64,000 nucleotides of DNA. Origin: Candidatus Poribacteria bacterium (GTDB taxonomy: Bacteria > Poribacteria > WGA-4E > PCPOR2b). The DNA lies in the NCBI GenBank assembly GCA_965218095.1, contig OZ244587.1, forward strand, positions 160,001 to 224,000. Direction: 5' to 3'. Made by a program: the position numbers and the translations under genes. Below, one piece after another: positions 52,674-63,586 of the stretch (its first letter is position 1; each line of letters opens with the position of its first letter). A model generated the notes under the pieces. It searched no databases, was not told the origin of the DNA, and saw only the letters and a list, made by a program, of their open reading frames with translations.

Positions 52674-53018
52674 TTAAAAATCAGCCAACGCTTCTTTCTC
52701 TGAAGCAAAGACGTCAATACTTCGGAGCAGGCCAATCACTTCAAAGATTTTCCGTATCTGGTCTGATGGATGAGCAACACGTAGAATTTGTCCCTTGTTG
52801 CGCATTTTCCAAATCAGCTTGACAATGAGCCCAAAGCCGCTGCTCGTGATAAAGCTCTGTTGGTCAAAGTTGAGCAGGATTTTCGTTGTGTTTTCGGGCT
52901 TAACCTGCTCACAAGCCGTATGAATACCTGCCTCTGAGTCTTCCGTAAGATAACCTGTGACATCAAATACGGCGATTTCTCCAACGTACCTGACTAATAT
53001 TTGAGTTTCTGATCGCAT
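52674..53018 (-). CDS. STAS domain anti-sigma factor antagonist
   Basis: FITSSGFG phosphoserine motif, IFE.IGL. Confidence 0.88.
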   Translation of the reverse strand: MRSETQILVRYVGEIAVFDVTGYLTEDSEAGIHTACEQVKPENTTKILLNFDQQSFITSSGFGLIVKLIWKMRNKGQILRVAHPSDQIRKIFEVIGLLRSIDVFASEKEALADF

Positions 53019-53137
53019 GGATTCTCCCTTCGGCGTTCAAGGCAGACCGAACTGATATCAAGTCACTCGCGCGTATGACTATTTTAGCCAATCTGAGAAA
53101 TCCTGTCAATAGGGTAGTAGAATTGCAATCAACAATC

Positions 53138-53247
53138 AAGTCTCTAGGGCAGCGAGATCCCCCAATGGGATCGGGACAAATGGCCTGACGAGAGACTTCA
53201 AATTTTTGCGAATTTCCTCAATGGATCCAAAAGGGCCCCTATTGAGG
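53138..53247 (+). promoter_or_regulatory. Structured leader upstream of acnA (candidate cis-regulatory RNA)
   Basis: Nested stems AAGTCTCT/AGAGACTT and GATCCC/GGGATC, then hairpin CCTCAATGG/CTATTGAGG; TAGAAT just upstream. Confidence 0.35.
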
Positions 53248-53314
53248 TAACATCTATACCAAGTTTCCACGTGCTTTGGAAATTTCTACCTTTTTCAAAT
53301 TAAGGAGCGATAAC

Positions 53315-56023
53315 ATGCCTGAATCAATGCACAATTTATTTAACACGCTTCAAACCTTTGAAGTCGATGGACGACAGGTCCATTACTACTCACTTCCGGT
53401 TTTAGAAACACAAGGAATAGGGAACGTTTCTAAGCTGCCCGTCAGTATACGGATTCTGCTGGAATCGTTGCTGAGGAATTATGATGAGCAGCAGGTCACG
53501 GAGCAGGACGTCGTTGATCTGGCGAACTGGAATGCGAAACAGCCCAAATCAGTTGAGCTCCATTTTAAGCCAGTCCGTGTGGTGGCTCAGGACTTCACAG
53601 GCGTACCACTTCTCGTGGATATTGCAGCCATGCGGTCTGCGGTAGAGGAGATCGGCGGCGATCCGCGGATGATTGAGCTGCTTGTTCCCGTCGATTTGGT
53701 CATCGATCACTCCGTTCAGGTGGATGCTTACGGGACAGCGAATGCGTTGCAGATCAACACCCGAAGGGAATTTGAACGGAATAAAGAACGATACGAATTC
53801 CTGAAATGGGGACAGCAGGCTTTTGAAAAATTCAAAGTCATCCCACCTTCGATTGGCATCGTCCACCAGGTGAATCTGGAGTATCTTGCCAAAGTTGTCG
53901 TTCCAGATTCAGTCAATGGCGATACGATTGCTTATCCGGACACATTAGTGGGGACCGATTCTCACACCACCATGATCAACGGACTCGGAATTGTCGGCTG
54001 GGGGGTCGGCGGGATCGAAGCGGAAGCTGCGATGCTCGGTCAGCCAGTTTACATTTTGACACCCGAGGTCATAGGGGTACACATGAAGGGCGCACTCAAA
54101 GAGGGCGTAACGGCGACCGATCTTGTTTTGACGGTCACGCAGCGATTGCGTGAAACGAACGTTGTTGGCAAATTTGTCGAATTCTTCGGTGAAGGCGTCG
54201 AGGTTCTCTCGCTGCCAGACCGAGCGACAATCTCCAATATGTGTCCTGAATATGGCGCCACGATCGGCTTCTTTCCACCGGACGAAGAAGCGATTCGCTA
54301 TCTCGGGGCGACTGGAAGGGATGAAGCCCACCTCGAACTGGTCACGGAATACCTCAAAAATCAGGGGATATTCGGCATCCCGGAAGAAGGGGAGATTGAG
54401 TATTCCGACGTGCTGGAAATCGACCTTGATGCGATTGAGCCGGGCATTGCGGGTCCCAAGCGACCGCAAGATCGGATTGAACTCTCAAAGGTCAGAGAGA
54501 CCTTTTCGCGCCTGTTGACGACGTCAACTACAGATGGAGGTTATGGGCTTTCCCAGGCAGACATTGATCAGGACCATGAGAAGGCGACGGTAACGGGGAG
54601 CGTTACACACGGCGATATCGTAATCGCTGCCATCACAAGCTGCACCAACACCAGCAACCCATCGGTGATGATTGGCGCCGGCTTAGTCGCGAAAAAGGCT
54701 GTTGAACGCGGACTCAGCGTGCCGGATTATGTTAAAACCAGTTTAGCCCCCGGATCGCGGGTTGTCACGGAGTATCTCCGGGAAACGGGACTGCTGCCCT
54801 ATCTGGAGAAGTTAGGGTTTAACGTCGTCGGATACGGCTGTACCACCTGCATCGGGAATAGCGGTCCCCTGAACAAGGAAATCCAGGACGCAATTTATGA
54901 ACGAAATCTTGTCTCCGTCAGCGTTCTCAGTGGGAATCGAAATTTTGAGGCACGGGTTCACCGCGATGTCAAAGCGAGTTTTCTGATGTCTCCGCCGCTG
55001 GTTGTTGCTCACGCCCTTGCCGGACGAATCGATGTCGATCTCACGAGCGAACCGCTAGGGTATAGCGATGACAGCGAGCCTGTCTATCTGAAAGATGTGT
55101 GGCCTACACGACAGGAGATTGCGGATTTGATGGCGCGATCGCTAGATGCCAGTACCTTCAAACGCCTCTACGCAGAGATCGCCAGTCAAGCCCCGGAATG
55201 GGATGAGTTGGCAATTCCCACGGGAGGACTTTATCGCTGGAGTGAGGAAAGCACTTATATCCAGAAGCCGCCATTCTTTGAAGGGTTCAAGTTGGAACCG
55301 GATTCAATCACTGATGTTAAAGGCGCAAGGGGTCTCGCAATTCTTGGGGATTCAGTTACAACAGACCATATCTCTCCTGCCGGTGCAATTGGTGAAAGCA
55401 GTCCTGCCGGACAGTACCTGATTAGCCGTGGGGTCGAGAAAAGGGACTTTAACTCTTACGGTTCACGGCGCGGTAACGATCGAGTGATGAGTCGTGGGAC
55501 ATTCGCCAACAATCGGATCAAGAATCTAATACTCCCCGGCGTTGAAGGCGGCTACACCATCACATATCCCGCCGGAGAACAGACAACGATCTATGAGGCT
55601 GCCCAATACTATGCCAAACAAGGGACACCGCTCGTTGTCTTCGCGGGTAAGGAGTACGGCTGCGGTAGCTCTCGGGATTGGGCGGCGAAGGGCCCAAAGC
55701 TGTTGGGCGCAAAAGCCGTCGTTGCCGAGAGTTATGAGCGCATCCACCGCAGCAACCTGATCGGCATGGGCATTTTACCCTTGCAGTTCAAGGACGGTGA
55801 GAGTGCAGAGTCGCTCGACTTGAAGGGGAGTGAGCTCATCAACATCACCGGCGTCGCAGACGACCTGCAACCGGGGCAAACTGCCACGATGGAGTGGACT
55901 GACGAATCCGGCGCGAAGCGAACAACGGAATTGCTGGTCCGGATCGATGCCCCAATCGAAGTAGAGTACTACAAACACGGTGGCATCCTGGATTATGTCA
56001 TCAGAAATTTGATGACTCGATAG
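53315..56023 (+). CDS. acnA: Aconitate hydratase A
   Basis: [61 protein letters not shown]. Confidence 0.98.
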   Translation: MPESMHNLFNTLQTFEVDGRQVHYYSLPVLETQGIGNVSKLPVSIRILLESLLRNYDEQQVTEQDVVDLANWNAKQPKSVELHFKPVRVVAQDFTGVPLLVDIAAMRSAVEEIGGDPRMIELLVPVDLVIDHSVQVDAYGTANALQINTRREFERNKERYEFLKWGQQAFEKFKVIPPSIGIVHQVNLEYLAKVVVPDSVNGDTIAYPDTLVGTDSHTTMINGLGIVGWGVGGIEAEAAMLGQPVYILTPEVIGVHMKGALKEGVTATDLVLTVTQRLRETNVVGKFVEFFGEGVEVLSLPDRATISNMCPEYGATIGFFPPDEEAIRYLGATGRDEAHLELVTEYLKNQGIFGIPEEGEIEYSDVLEIDLDAIEPGIAGPKRPQDRIELSKVRETFSRLLTTSTTDGGYGLSQADIDQDHEKATVTGSVTHGDIVIAAITSCTNTSNPSVMIGAGLVAKKAVERGLSVPDYVKTSLAPGSRVVTEYLRETGLLPYLEKLGFNVVGYGCTTCIGNSGPLNKEIQDAIYERNLVSVSVLSGNRNFEARVHRDVKASFLMSPPLVVAHALAGRIDVDLTSEPLGYSDDSEPVYLKDVWPTRQEIADLMARSLDASTFKRLYAEIASQAPEWDELAIPTGGLYRWSEESTYIQKPPFFEGFKLEPDSITDVKGARGLAILGDSVTTDHISPAGAIGESSPAGQYLISRGVEKRDFNSYGSRRGNDRVMSRGTFANNRIKNLILPGVEGGYTITYPAGEQTTIYEAAQYYAKQGTPLVVFAGKEYGCGSSRDWAAKGPKLLGAKAVVAESYERIHRSNLIGMGILPLQFKDGESAESLDLKGSELINITGVADDLQPGQTATMEWTDESGAKRTTELLVRIDAPIEVEYYKHGGILDYVIRNLMTR

Positions 56024-56074
56024 AGCGATTGTTAAGGGAGCCACAGCAGAGATCCGATTGATTGCGCAAAAACG

Positions 56075-56500
56075 ATGAAAAGATACGAATATTTGGATCA
56101 CACCGGCGATATCGGAATTCGCGCTTACGGAGCGACCCTGAAGGATCTGTTCACCCACGCGGCGGAAGGTCTTCTTGAGGCTATCGCAGATCTTAACACG
56201 GTTGACGAGGCGGCGCAAACTGAGATTGAAGTGTCGGCGGAGTCGGTTGAAGATCTGTTGGTGGCGTGGCTGGATGAACTAAATTTTCGACATGAGGTCG
56301 AGGAAACCTTCTTTCGACGGGTTAAGATTCAACGAATCTCTGAAGAGCCGTGGGTACTGTCTGCGATTGCCTATGGCGAACCGGTGGATTTTACAAAACA
56401 TGTCGTCTATACGGAGATTAAGAGTGTGACTTACCATCAGTTGCTTGTCAATCAAACTCCGAAGGGTGATTGGGTTGCCCAGGTGATTTTTGATCTGTAG
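56075..56500 (+). CDS. Archease
   Basis: DHTGDIG..AYG, EIKSVTYH, V.FDL. Confidence 0.92.
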   Translation: MKRYEYLDHTGDIGIRAYGATLKDLFTHAAEGLLEAIADLNTVDEAAQTEIEVSAESVEDLLVAWLDELNFRHEVEETFFRRVKIQRISEEPWVLSAIAYGEPVDFTKHVVYTEIKSVTYHQLLVNQTPKGDWVAQVIFDL

Positions 56501-56884
56501 CGATGGATCAAAGTTGAATATGGACTCTTTCCATGATCAAAAATTTGGGCCAATTCGCACATCATGTGGCGTCGCTTATTCGCTCAACCGGTCATCAAGC
56601 ACGTCAGGTAGTTTTGTGAATTTTCTATTGCGGAGAAAGTTGGATCATGGTAATATTGGAGTGTTACTGTCTATAAGGAACGATGAAGATGAACAGAAAG
56701 GTCTGGTAGAAGTGGAACTTCGATGATACAAAATTCAATGAGCTCGAAGTCTGTAAATGTCGCCTGCTCAAGTTACAAACTCCGGCTAACAGATTGAAGC
56801 TCAACCGAATAAAAGCCCGCGTGCCAAAAAACTGGAGTTGATCCTCGGGGGACGATTGAACAACTCTAACAAGAGATTGATGGT

Positions 56885-58072
56885 ATGAAGCCTCTTATAA
56901 AGATTGTGCTTGCAGATGTGGATGGCTCTCTTACAGAGAGGGAGTTACTCTTTGCCGGCGCATTAAGTACGTTCAATGACAAAAGTCTTGAAATTATAAA
57001 GGACTCTTTTACGGGGGAAAGATTTAAAGAGTTTGCAAGCGAAGCACTGGAGTGGGTAAATGCACAAGGCAAGTCTTTGGTAGAAGCGGGGGACATCACG
57101 ACCAAAGAGTTAAAGCAAAATTTTTTCCTGCCGATAGCGGCGGAGGATAGTTTTGAGGCTACTTTAAAACGTGCTTTTACGGCAGCAAATAGGCTGGCAC
57201 ACAGTCAATCAAACAACAGACAAGACCCCGAATTATTGTTTCGCAACTCCGTAATCCGCCTGTGGGCAAAAGGACAGTTAGACGAGGAAGTATCCAAGGC
57301 AGATGTAAATAGCTATATTCTCGAGCAGTTTTTCCCTGCTCTAAAAGCTGCAACTGAGGCTTATGTAAGCGGCGTAAAGCTGATGCCCGGCGTTAAGGAG
57401 GCTATTGAAATACTTGCTGAAAAAAAGGTGAGAATGGTGCTAGTAACAAATAGCTCAGAAAGTCCAACAAGGTATGTCTATACAGAGATAGCCAGACAGG
57501 TTCCCAGATTTAGAGAAATATGCCAGGAAATACAGTGCCAGGCGGATGTTTGGGGAGGGTTTTTCGGAAAAGGTAAAGAAGATTTGAGTGCCAGGGTCCA
57601 TGCAATGCGGTTTCCAGGGGTTGACAAACAAGACACAACCGTGAAAATAGAGTACGTACCTGCGAAACCCGCTCCACCGGCTGTTGATGCAATATTGGTG
57701 GAATATGGAATTCGGTATGATCAGGCTGTTTTTATAGGGGATAAGGAACTGGGTGATGGTGTAACAGGCTTCAAAACCCACTTTGTCCACTTAAAATATG
57801 ACAAAAAACCAGAACCCTATGAAGCAGCAGCTATTATCTTTAAAGAAAACTATCTTTCCACACCTATTAGATCCCCGGATAAGCAGCGTCAAAAATTAGG
57901 TGAAGCTTATGTAAGACACGGTATAGCAGATTCAAGTGCCGACGTGTCTTCGTATAAAGAAATCCTTGAAAAGTTTAGTTTTGCCGCAACACCGGCGAAA
58001 CCAAAGAAGCCATCTATGCCGGCACAATCTACTCGGGTTAACTGGAGAGGGATTACGAAGACCAAACACTGA
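56885..58072 (+). CDS. HAD-superfamily hydrolase with large cap, atypical composition
   Basis: DVDGSL, LVTNS, KPAP, FIGD...D motifs; visibly AT-richer than neighbours. Confidence 0.75.
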   Translation: MKPLIKIVLADVDGSLTERELLFAGALSTFNDKSLEIIKDSFTGERFKEFASEALEWVNAQGKSLVEAGDITTKELKQNFFLPIAAEDSFEATLKRAFTAANRLAHSQSNNRQDPELLFRNSVIRLWAKGQLDEEVSKADVNSYILEQFFPALKAATEAYVSGVKLMPGVKEAIEILAEKKVRMVLVTNSSESPTRYVYTEIARQVPRFREICQEIQCQADVWGGFFGKGKEDLSARVHAMRFPGVDKQDTTVKIEYVPAKPAPPAVDAILVEYGIRYDQAVFIGDKELGDGVTGFKTHFVHLKYDKKPEPYEAAAIIFKENYLSTPIRSPDKQRQKLGEAYVRHGIADSSADVSSYKEILEKFSFAATPAKPKKPSMPAQSTRVNWRGITKTKH

Positions 58073-58150
58073 CCTTATTCTGCAGAAGATAGAGGGGACG
58101 CTGCAAAACGGCACAGAATTAGTGCCATTACTCATCCGGTGCGCGAGAAC

Positions 58151-59197
58151 ATGACCCACATTCCGCTGATTACAACGACTGGACGGACAGATCCAAATCC
58201 GGGCGATACCTTCATCGGCGTGGGACTTCAATATCTATTTGAACAGGTCCTGGGCCCTCAGGTGTGGGTGCTCATCGATCGCTTCAGTCCGAAAGGCTTC
58301 CAAGGCTATGCAGATGTCATCCGAAACACCCCTTTTCTTGTCTACGGTGGAATGTCGCAATATAATAATTACGACGACTGGAAGCACTGGTACGATGATG
58401 CGATGTGGCGGGATTTCATCATTCGTTGGGGACTGAAAATCTTTACAATGGCCGGCGGGGCTGGTTTTTCTCATCCGAACATCAGCATTGATGAATATGT
58501 CGCACACTGCATGCGGAGTAAAAAAACACAGCGGATTATTCGTCAGCGGGTTGACCCGAGCCTCTGCTTCACTGTCCGCGATGCGTATGCGCACGCCCTG
58601 CTAAATGCGCTTGACATACCGAACACTTACCTTCCCTGCTCTTCAATCTGGGCAAGTCAGATGTGGAACATTGGGCCTGCGAAAAATCGTCCTTATCTGC
58701 TACTTGTGCCGCCATTGCCCCGCGAATAGCTGCATTCCCCGTCGGCGAAGAATGCAGCTATTCGCGGGGCAGTGGAAAAACTTCTATACAACGCTCAAAC
58801 AGAGCGGTCACAACGTTAAGATTCTCTGTCATGCTTATAGAGAATATACTGCCCTCCGTGATTCGATTCCTTCCGAAGATCTCTCTGGTATCATGGTGAC
58901 CCCTACACGCTGCTGCGACAATATGCCACCGCTCATACCGTTGTCTCTGTGCGGCTTCATGGTAGTCTGCCCGCCTACGGGATTTGCGGAACGGGGGTAT
59001 TAAACATTTCCGTGGACGTGCGCGGTGCCGTCACCAAGGTTTTTCCCAAAATACGAAACCTCCCGATCAGCGAAGCCAACTCTGACACGCTTCTGTCCGC
59101 GATCGACAAACGTGAACCTTCTACCCCAGTAGATCTTCATTCTTCAGAGGAGGTGTATCGGACTCTCATTCAACTTTCGCTGCCGAGTAAAATATAG
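58151..59197 (+). pseudogene. Polysaccharide pyruvyl transferase family protein, disrupted
   Basis: NPGD, TVRD, RLHG motifs; TAG at 58727-58729 plus frameshifts. Confidence 0.65.
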
Positions 59198-59267
59198 TCA
59201 TGACAAGGCCGAAGATGAAGTAGGGGCGAGTTTGGAACCCGCTCCTACTATGAACACAAAGTTTCGA

Positions 59268-59313
59268 TTTTCACTTATTTTCTGTAACAATTTTCACTTA
59301 TTTTCTGTAACAA
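59268..59313. repeat. Perfect 23-bp tandem duplication
   Basis: TTTTCACTTATTTTCTGTAACAA x2. Confidence 0.9.
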
Positions 59314-59330
59314 TACGAATCGAACGGTCC

Positions 59331-59771
59331 TTACCCTGTCAAGGCAGCATGCAACTCTGTCCAATCATCGAGATTGTTGAGGTTCACGGCGTCTAAGATA
59401 GACCCATCATCTCCAACCCCGGCTGCGCTGAGAATGGACCCGCGCGTTTCGTCATCGTGGTTGTAGCCCTTAATTGCTGCGTTCAGTTCATCAACAGCAG
59501 CCTGATCAAGGCTTCCACCTTTTTTCTCAAGAATCCATTTCTCGAAATCGGTGTAGCTAGGCTTCTCATCGTAGAGGTACTGCAATGTTTCTTGCTGATC
59601 GAGTCCGAGACCATCAAGAACCATCGAATCGAAGCCCGCACCGCATGCTGGATAGTCAGAATGAAGTTGATCTGCTGCATCCAACATCACTTTGCTCCAA
59701 AATCTTGGTAGGTGGAGTACACCTAGCGGCCCTGCAACGCCTGAGCTGATTTGCGGAATAACTCCTGCCAT
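59331..59771 (-). CDS. DUF5069-like hypothetical protein
   Basis: GPLGV.HLPR.W.K, G.D..VL..LG, ..NLDDW; start ATG 59771 after GGAG. Confidence 0.65.
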   Translation of the reverse strand: MAGVIPQISSGVAGPLGVLHLPRFWSKVMLDAADQLHSDYPACGAGFDSMVLDGLGLDQQETLQYLYDEKPSYTDFEKWILEKKGGSLDQAAVDELNAAIKGYNHDDETRGSILSAAGVGDDGSILDAVNLNNLDDWTELHAALTG

Positions 59772-60177
59772 TTTGTCTTCTCCTTCTTTTTCACTGTAAT
59801 GATGATAAGATAAATCTAGACCACCTAGATTTATCTGTTTAATTATAGCACATCTTAAAAAGACTGAAAAGTATAAAATTGCATTTGGAACGGACCTGTC
59901 GCAAACTCCAGCAGATATGCTTGCTGCTGCTGCCCTGCTGCTCACTCCAACGAGTAGGAAGTCAACCGCCGGTATGTGGCGACCATAGCATTCCGAACCC
60001 CCCTGACCTTCTGCGACGAACTTCGTCTGTTGTCAAGCAAATAGACCATTTTTCTGGTGTTGGTAAGTCCTTCCGCAGATGGTATTATTCTCCAAAGAAT
60101 AATTCTTCGGAGAATAATCGTGCAATCTAGTCGCATTGGGTTTGAGGTCATCATTCAGTGAAAATTGGCATATTGAT

Positions 60178-62001
60178 TCAAAGGTGGCAACTCGGGTTAT
60201 TACGTCTCACCTCTTCCGCATTACGTGCCGGCAATTCGATCTGAACCATTGTGCCAACCCCTTCTTTGCTTTCGACGAAGATTTCTCCATCGTGATCGGT
60301 GATAATGCGTTGAACAATCGCCATGCTGAGTCCCGTGCCTGCTTCCTTCGTTGTGTAATATGGCGTAAAGATCTCCGCCTGTGTCTCTGCTGACATACCA
60401 ATACCGGTGTCCTGAATCCCGATCTGGATCTTCCTGTCCTTCACCAATCGGGTCGCAACACTCAGTGTTCCACCGTCGGGCATCGCTTCAATCGCGTTTT
60501 TGATCAGATTACCTAGCGCCTGTGCAATCTGCTCCGGATCAACGGAGGCAGGGGGAAGATTCGGATCAAGATGACTGTCCATCTGGATGTGTGCAGCGGA
60601 TTCCGTCCCGATTCTTGGGATTTTGCTTCGCTCAACATACAGGTTTAACACATTCTGCACAATTTGATTGAGATCGGACGACTTCTGCTCAGGCACAGGC
60701 ATGCGTGCGAATTGATGGAACTCATCCACCATTCGCTGTAGCCGTCCCACCTCTTCGATAACTGTGTCGGTGCACTCATCAAAAATCTCATTAAAGACCG
60801 CGGGCCCCAGCTCCGCCGAGGATTCCGCGATGCGAAACTTAGATCGATACGATCGCTGAAGGTTTTCAACCGAAAGCCGAATCGGGAACAGCGGATTCTT
60901 GATCTCGTGGGCAATGCGACGGGCGACATCCCGCTAGGCGGCGACGCGTTCGGCAGCAAGCCGTCTATCCAGATTTGCCTTCAGATCCGCCGCCATCTGG
61001 TTGAAAGCGCCTGCCAATCCACCGATTTCATCTCGACTCTGAACGGTGGCCTGGTGCTTGAGGTTACCTGATGCGATTTCCGCTGCTCCTGCCGCCAACT
61101 GATTGATCGGTTTTGTCACTTGAAGCCCGATCACATAACTCACCATGTAGACGAAAATTAGTCCAACCCCACCCGTGATGAGCAGGATAAACACGAGTTG
61201 CTGCCGCGATTCGATTTCATTTCGGTGGGAGTATGCAACAATCAATTCCACTGGCGCCCCCGTATTCCCTTCTAAAGCCGGAAAATGATCTACGGTATGC
61301 GGAACACCAATCAGCTTCATCTCCTGATACCCTTCGTCGGTGCGACGGAAGAGCGACAGGAGAGCGTCCTGTTCAGCTTTCGGAATTGTACTACCGGGTG
61401 CATTCAGCGTAACCAGGCGATCACCTTCTTTGAGAAAAATTGGATGAAGTGCTTGATCTTTCAGGGATTGACTCAGACGTTCACGAAAAAAATAGCCACC
61501 GGTGACAAATCCCAAAAACTTGCCTTCCGCCTGGATGGGTAATGTGACCTCAATTGCCGCTTGTTCTTCAGGCGTTCGGATCCGAATTGCAGCCTGTGAT
61601 TTCAAGTTTCGTGCGCGATTCAACGCATCCGGATCTTTTTCGCCACGACGCAGATCTGGGGTTCCTTTACTCGCGGTGATCAATCCATCCTGTGTCCCAT
61701 ACTCTAAAATATCAAGGACTGTATCCGCGATACCGGGTGGGGCCGGCTCATTTTTCCGGATAGCCTGAACCACACGCCAATTCCCAATTTCGTGTTGAAC
61801 CTTCTCGTGAATATCCTGAATGAGCAGATCTATTGTATCTGAGATTCGCGTTTTGAATGTCCGGGCGTCTTCCCGGATCTGCTAATCAAAAGTTCTCCCG
61901 ATAAAACCGCGCGTGATCACAAAGATTCCGCCGATTGTAAGGAGGAAGACAGAACTATAAGCAAAGAAGATTTTGTGATGAAGCCTGCTTATGACGATCA
62001 C
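60178..62001 (-). pseudogene. NtrY-like HAMP sensor histidine kinase with two in-frame TAG stops
   Basis: HAMP DEIG.LA.AFN.M, AA*RDVARRIAHEIKNPL, NL.KNA, D.G.G, F.PY.TTK; TAGs at 60934-60936 and 61882-61884, no frameshift. Confidence 0.88.
60181..60197 (-). mobile_element. Orphan IS982-family end
   Basis: AAGGTGGCAACTCGGGT is the exact reverse complement of 46043-46059. Confidence 0.7.
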
Positions 62002-62414
62002 CCTTTGCAGTTGGTCAGTGAGTACGGTTCGGGCTGTTGGGCGCAATCGCACCACGATAGGGAAGTTCAGATTCGGCGGCACAATCCCGTCCCAACAAGA
62101 TTCCATTTTATCAAGAATTGTCCAAACTTTAGTAAACTTTATTAAGTGTAGCAAAATTTATCCTTGAGATCAAGGGTGAATCTTTCTTGATGGGATAGTG
62201 CATAATTTTTCCCTTGATCGATAAAGACCAATCTTGATAAAATGATAAGGAGGATGGAGGAGCAAAGGGGCAGAAACATAGGAATAGATCTGAATCCTTG
62301 AATTCCTGCATCTCTGTTGTACATTGTCTAGAATCTTCATGAGAGGGCTATGTTCTGACCTCACTAGTGGGGCACTATCCACCAAATCCACCAACCCAAC
62401 GTGAGAAACACATA

Positions 62415-63586
62415 ATGCAATAAAAACGCACGAAAATCGTCTCTACCATTGGTCCTGCCAGCAATTCCCCAGAAAAGTTGCGAGCACTGATTGAAGCAGG
62501 AATGGGTGTCGCGAGGCTTTCGTTTTCACACGGTTCACACGCCGATTACGCGCAAACCATCACCCGCTTGAAAGCGGGTGATTTCGACCACAAGCACGGA
62601 TATCACCTGTGAAGTTGCTGGTGGGGAACTTCGATTAAACAAAGGCATCAGCGTACCTGGAGTTTCATTGAAGACACCTATTCCAACCCCAAAGGACATC
62701 AAAGATCTCTTCTTTGGGATTCAGTATGGTATCGATTGGGTCGCACAATCTTTCATCAGAAGCGCTGCGGATCTTCGCAACCTCAGATCAATCCTGCAAC
62801 AACAGATGTGCTAATCATTGCCAAATTTGAGAAGCGTGAGGCGTTGAACGATCTGGATCAGGTTCTCGCTGAAGCGGACGCCGTGATGATTGCTAGAGGA
62901 GATTTGGGACTGGAGATTCCACTTCAAGAGGTGCCGCTGATTCAAAAGGAGATCATCAGACAGGCAAACCTCGCGGGTAAGCCAGTCATCACGGCGACTC
63001 AGATGCTCGAATCAATGATCTCCAATCCCCGACCGACAAGGGCGGAAGTCACAGACATTGCGAATGCTATCTTTGATGGTACGGATGCTTTAATGCTTTC
63101 AGGGGAAACCGCTATCGGCAAATACCCCGCTGCGGCTGTAAAACTATGGTTGAAGTCGCTATAGCAACTGAAGCCAGGGTTGACCATGTGGAACAATTTA
63201 AATGCCAGCCAATAACTCTTGAGAAGGCCGTGCCAGATGCGATTGCACACGCCGCATGACATATCGCCTTAGAAATTAGTGCAAAGGCAATTATCTATTG
63301 TACACGATCCGGTCGGACAGCAAGGCTGGTGGCAAAATACCGTCCCCGCTCAACAATCGCAGTGGACAGTCCTTATGAAAACACACTACGACGAACAATG
63401 CTGTTTTGGGGTACGGCGCCGGTCTCGATTAAGTTGGCGCCAGACACGGATACGATGATTGCAAGGGCAAAAAGAGCCGTACTAGAATCAGAGTTTGCCC
63501 GGCCAGGGGATAGGGTTGTTATCATTGCTGGAATACCGGTGGATGTGCCCGGAACGACGAACATGATTAAAACAGATGTAATTTGA
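62415..63586 (+). pseudogene. pyk: Pyruvate kinase, multiply disrupted
   Basis: MQ*KRTKIV.TIGPA, FSHG, internal deletion, [15 protein letters not shown]...PRPTRAE, MLSGETA, KYRP, GTTN; several stops and frameshifts. Confidence 0.92.

Noticed and set aside
53183-53215. Hammerhead ribozyme at CTGACGAG in the acnA leader
   Set aside because: No stem II followed by GAAA and no stem III
11775-61884. Stop-codon reassignment or amber readthrough, suggested by many in-frame TAG/TGA codons
   Set aside because: The stops replace different expected residues (Trp, Gln/Glu, Arg), often co-occur with frameshifts, and many intact genes (hisB, acnA, recX, moxR, archease) end normally in TAG
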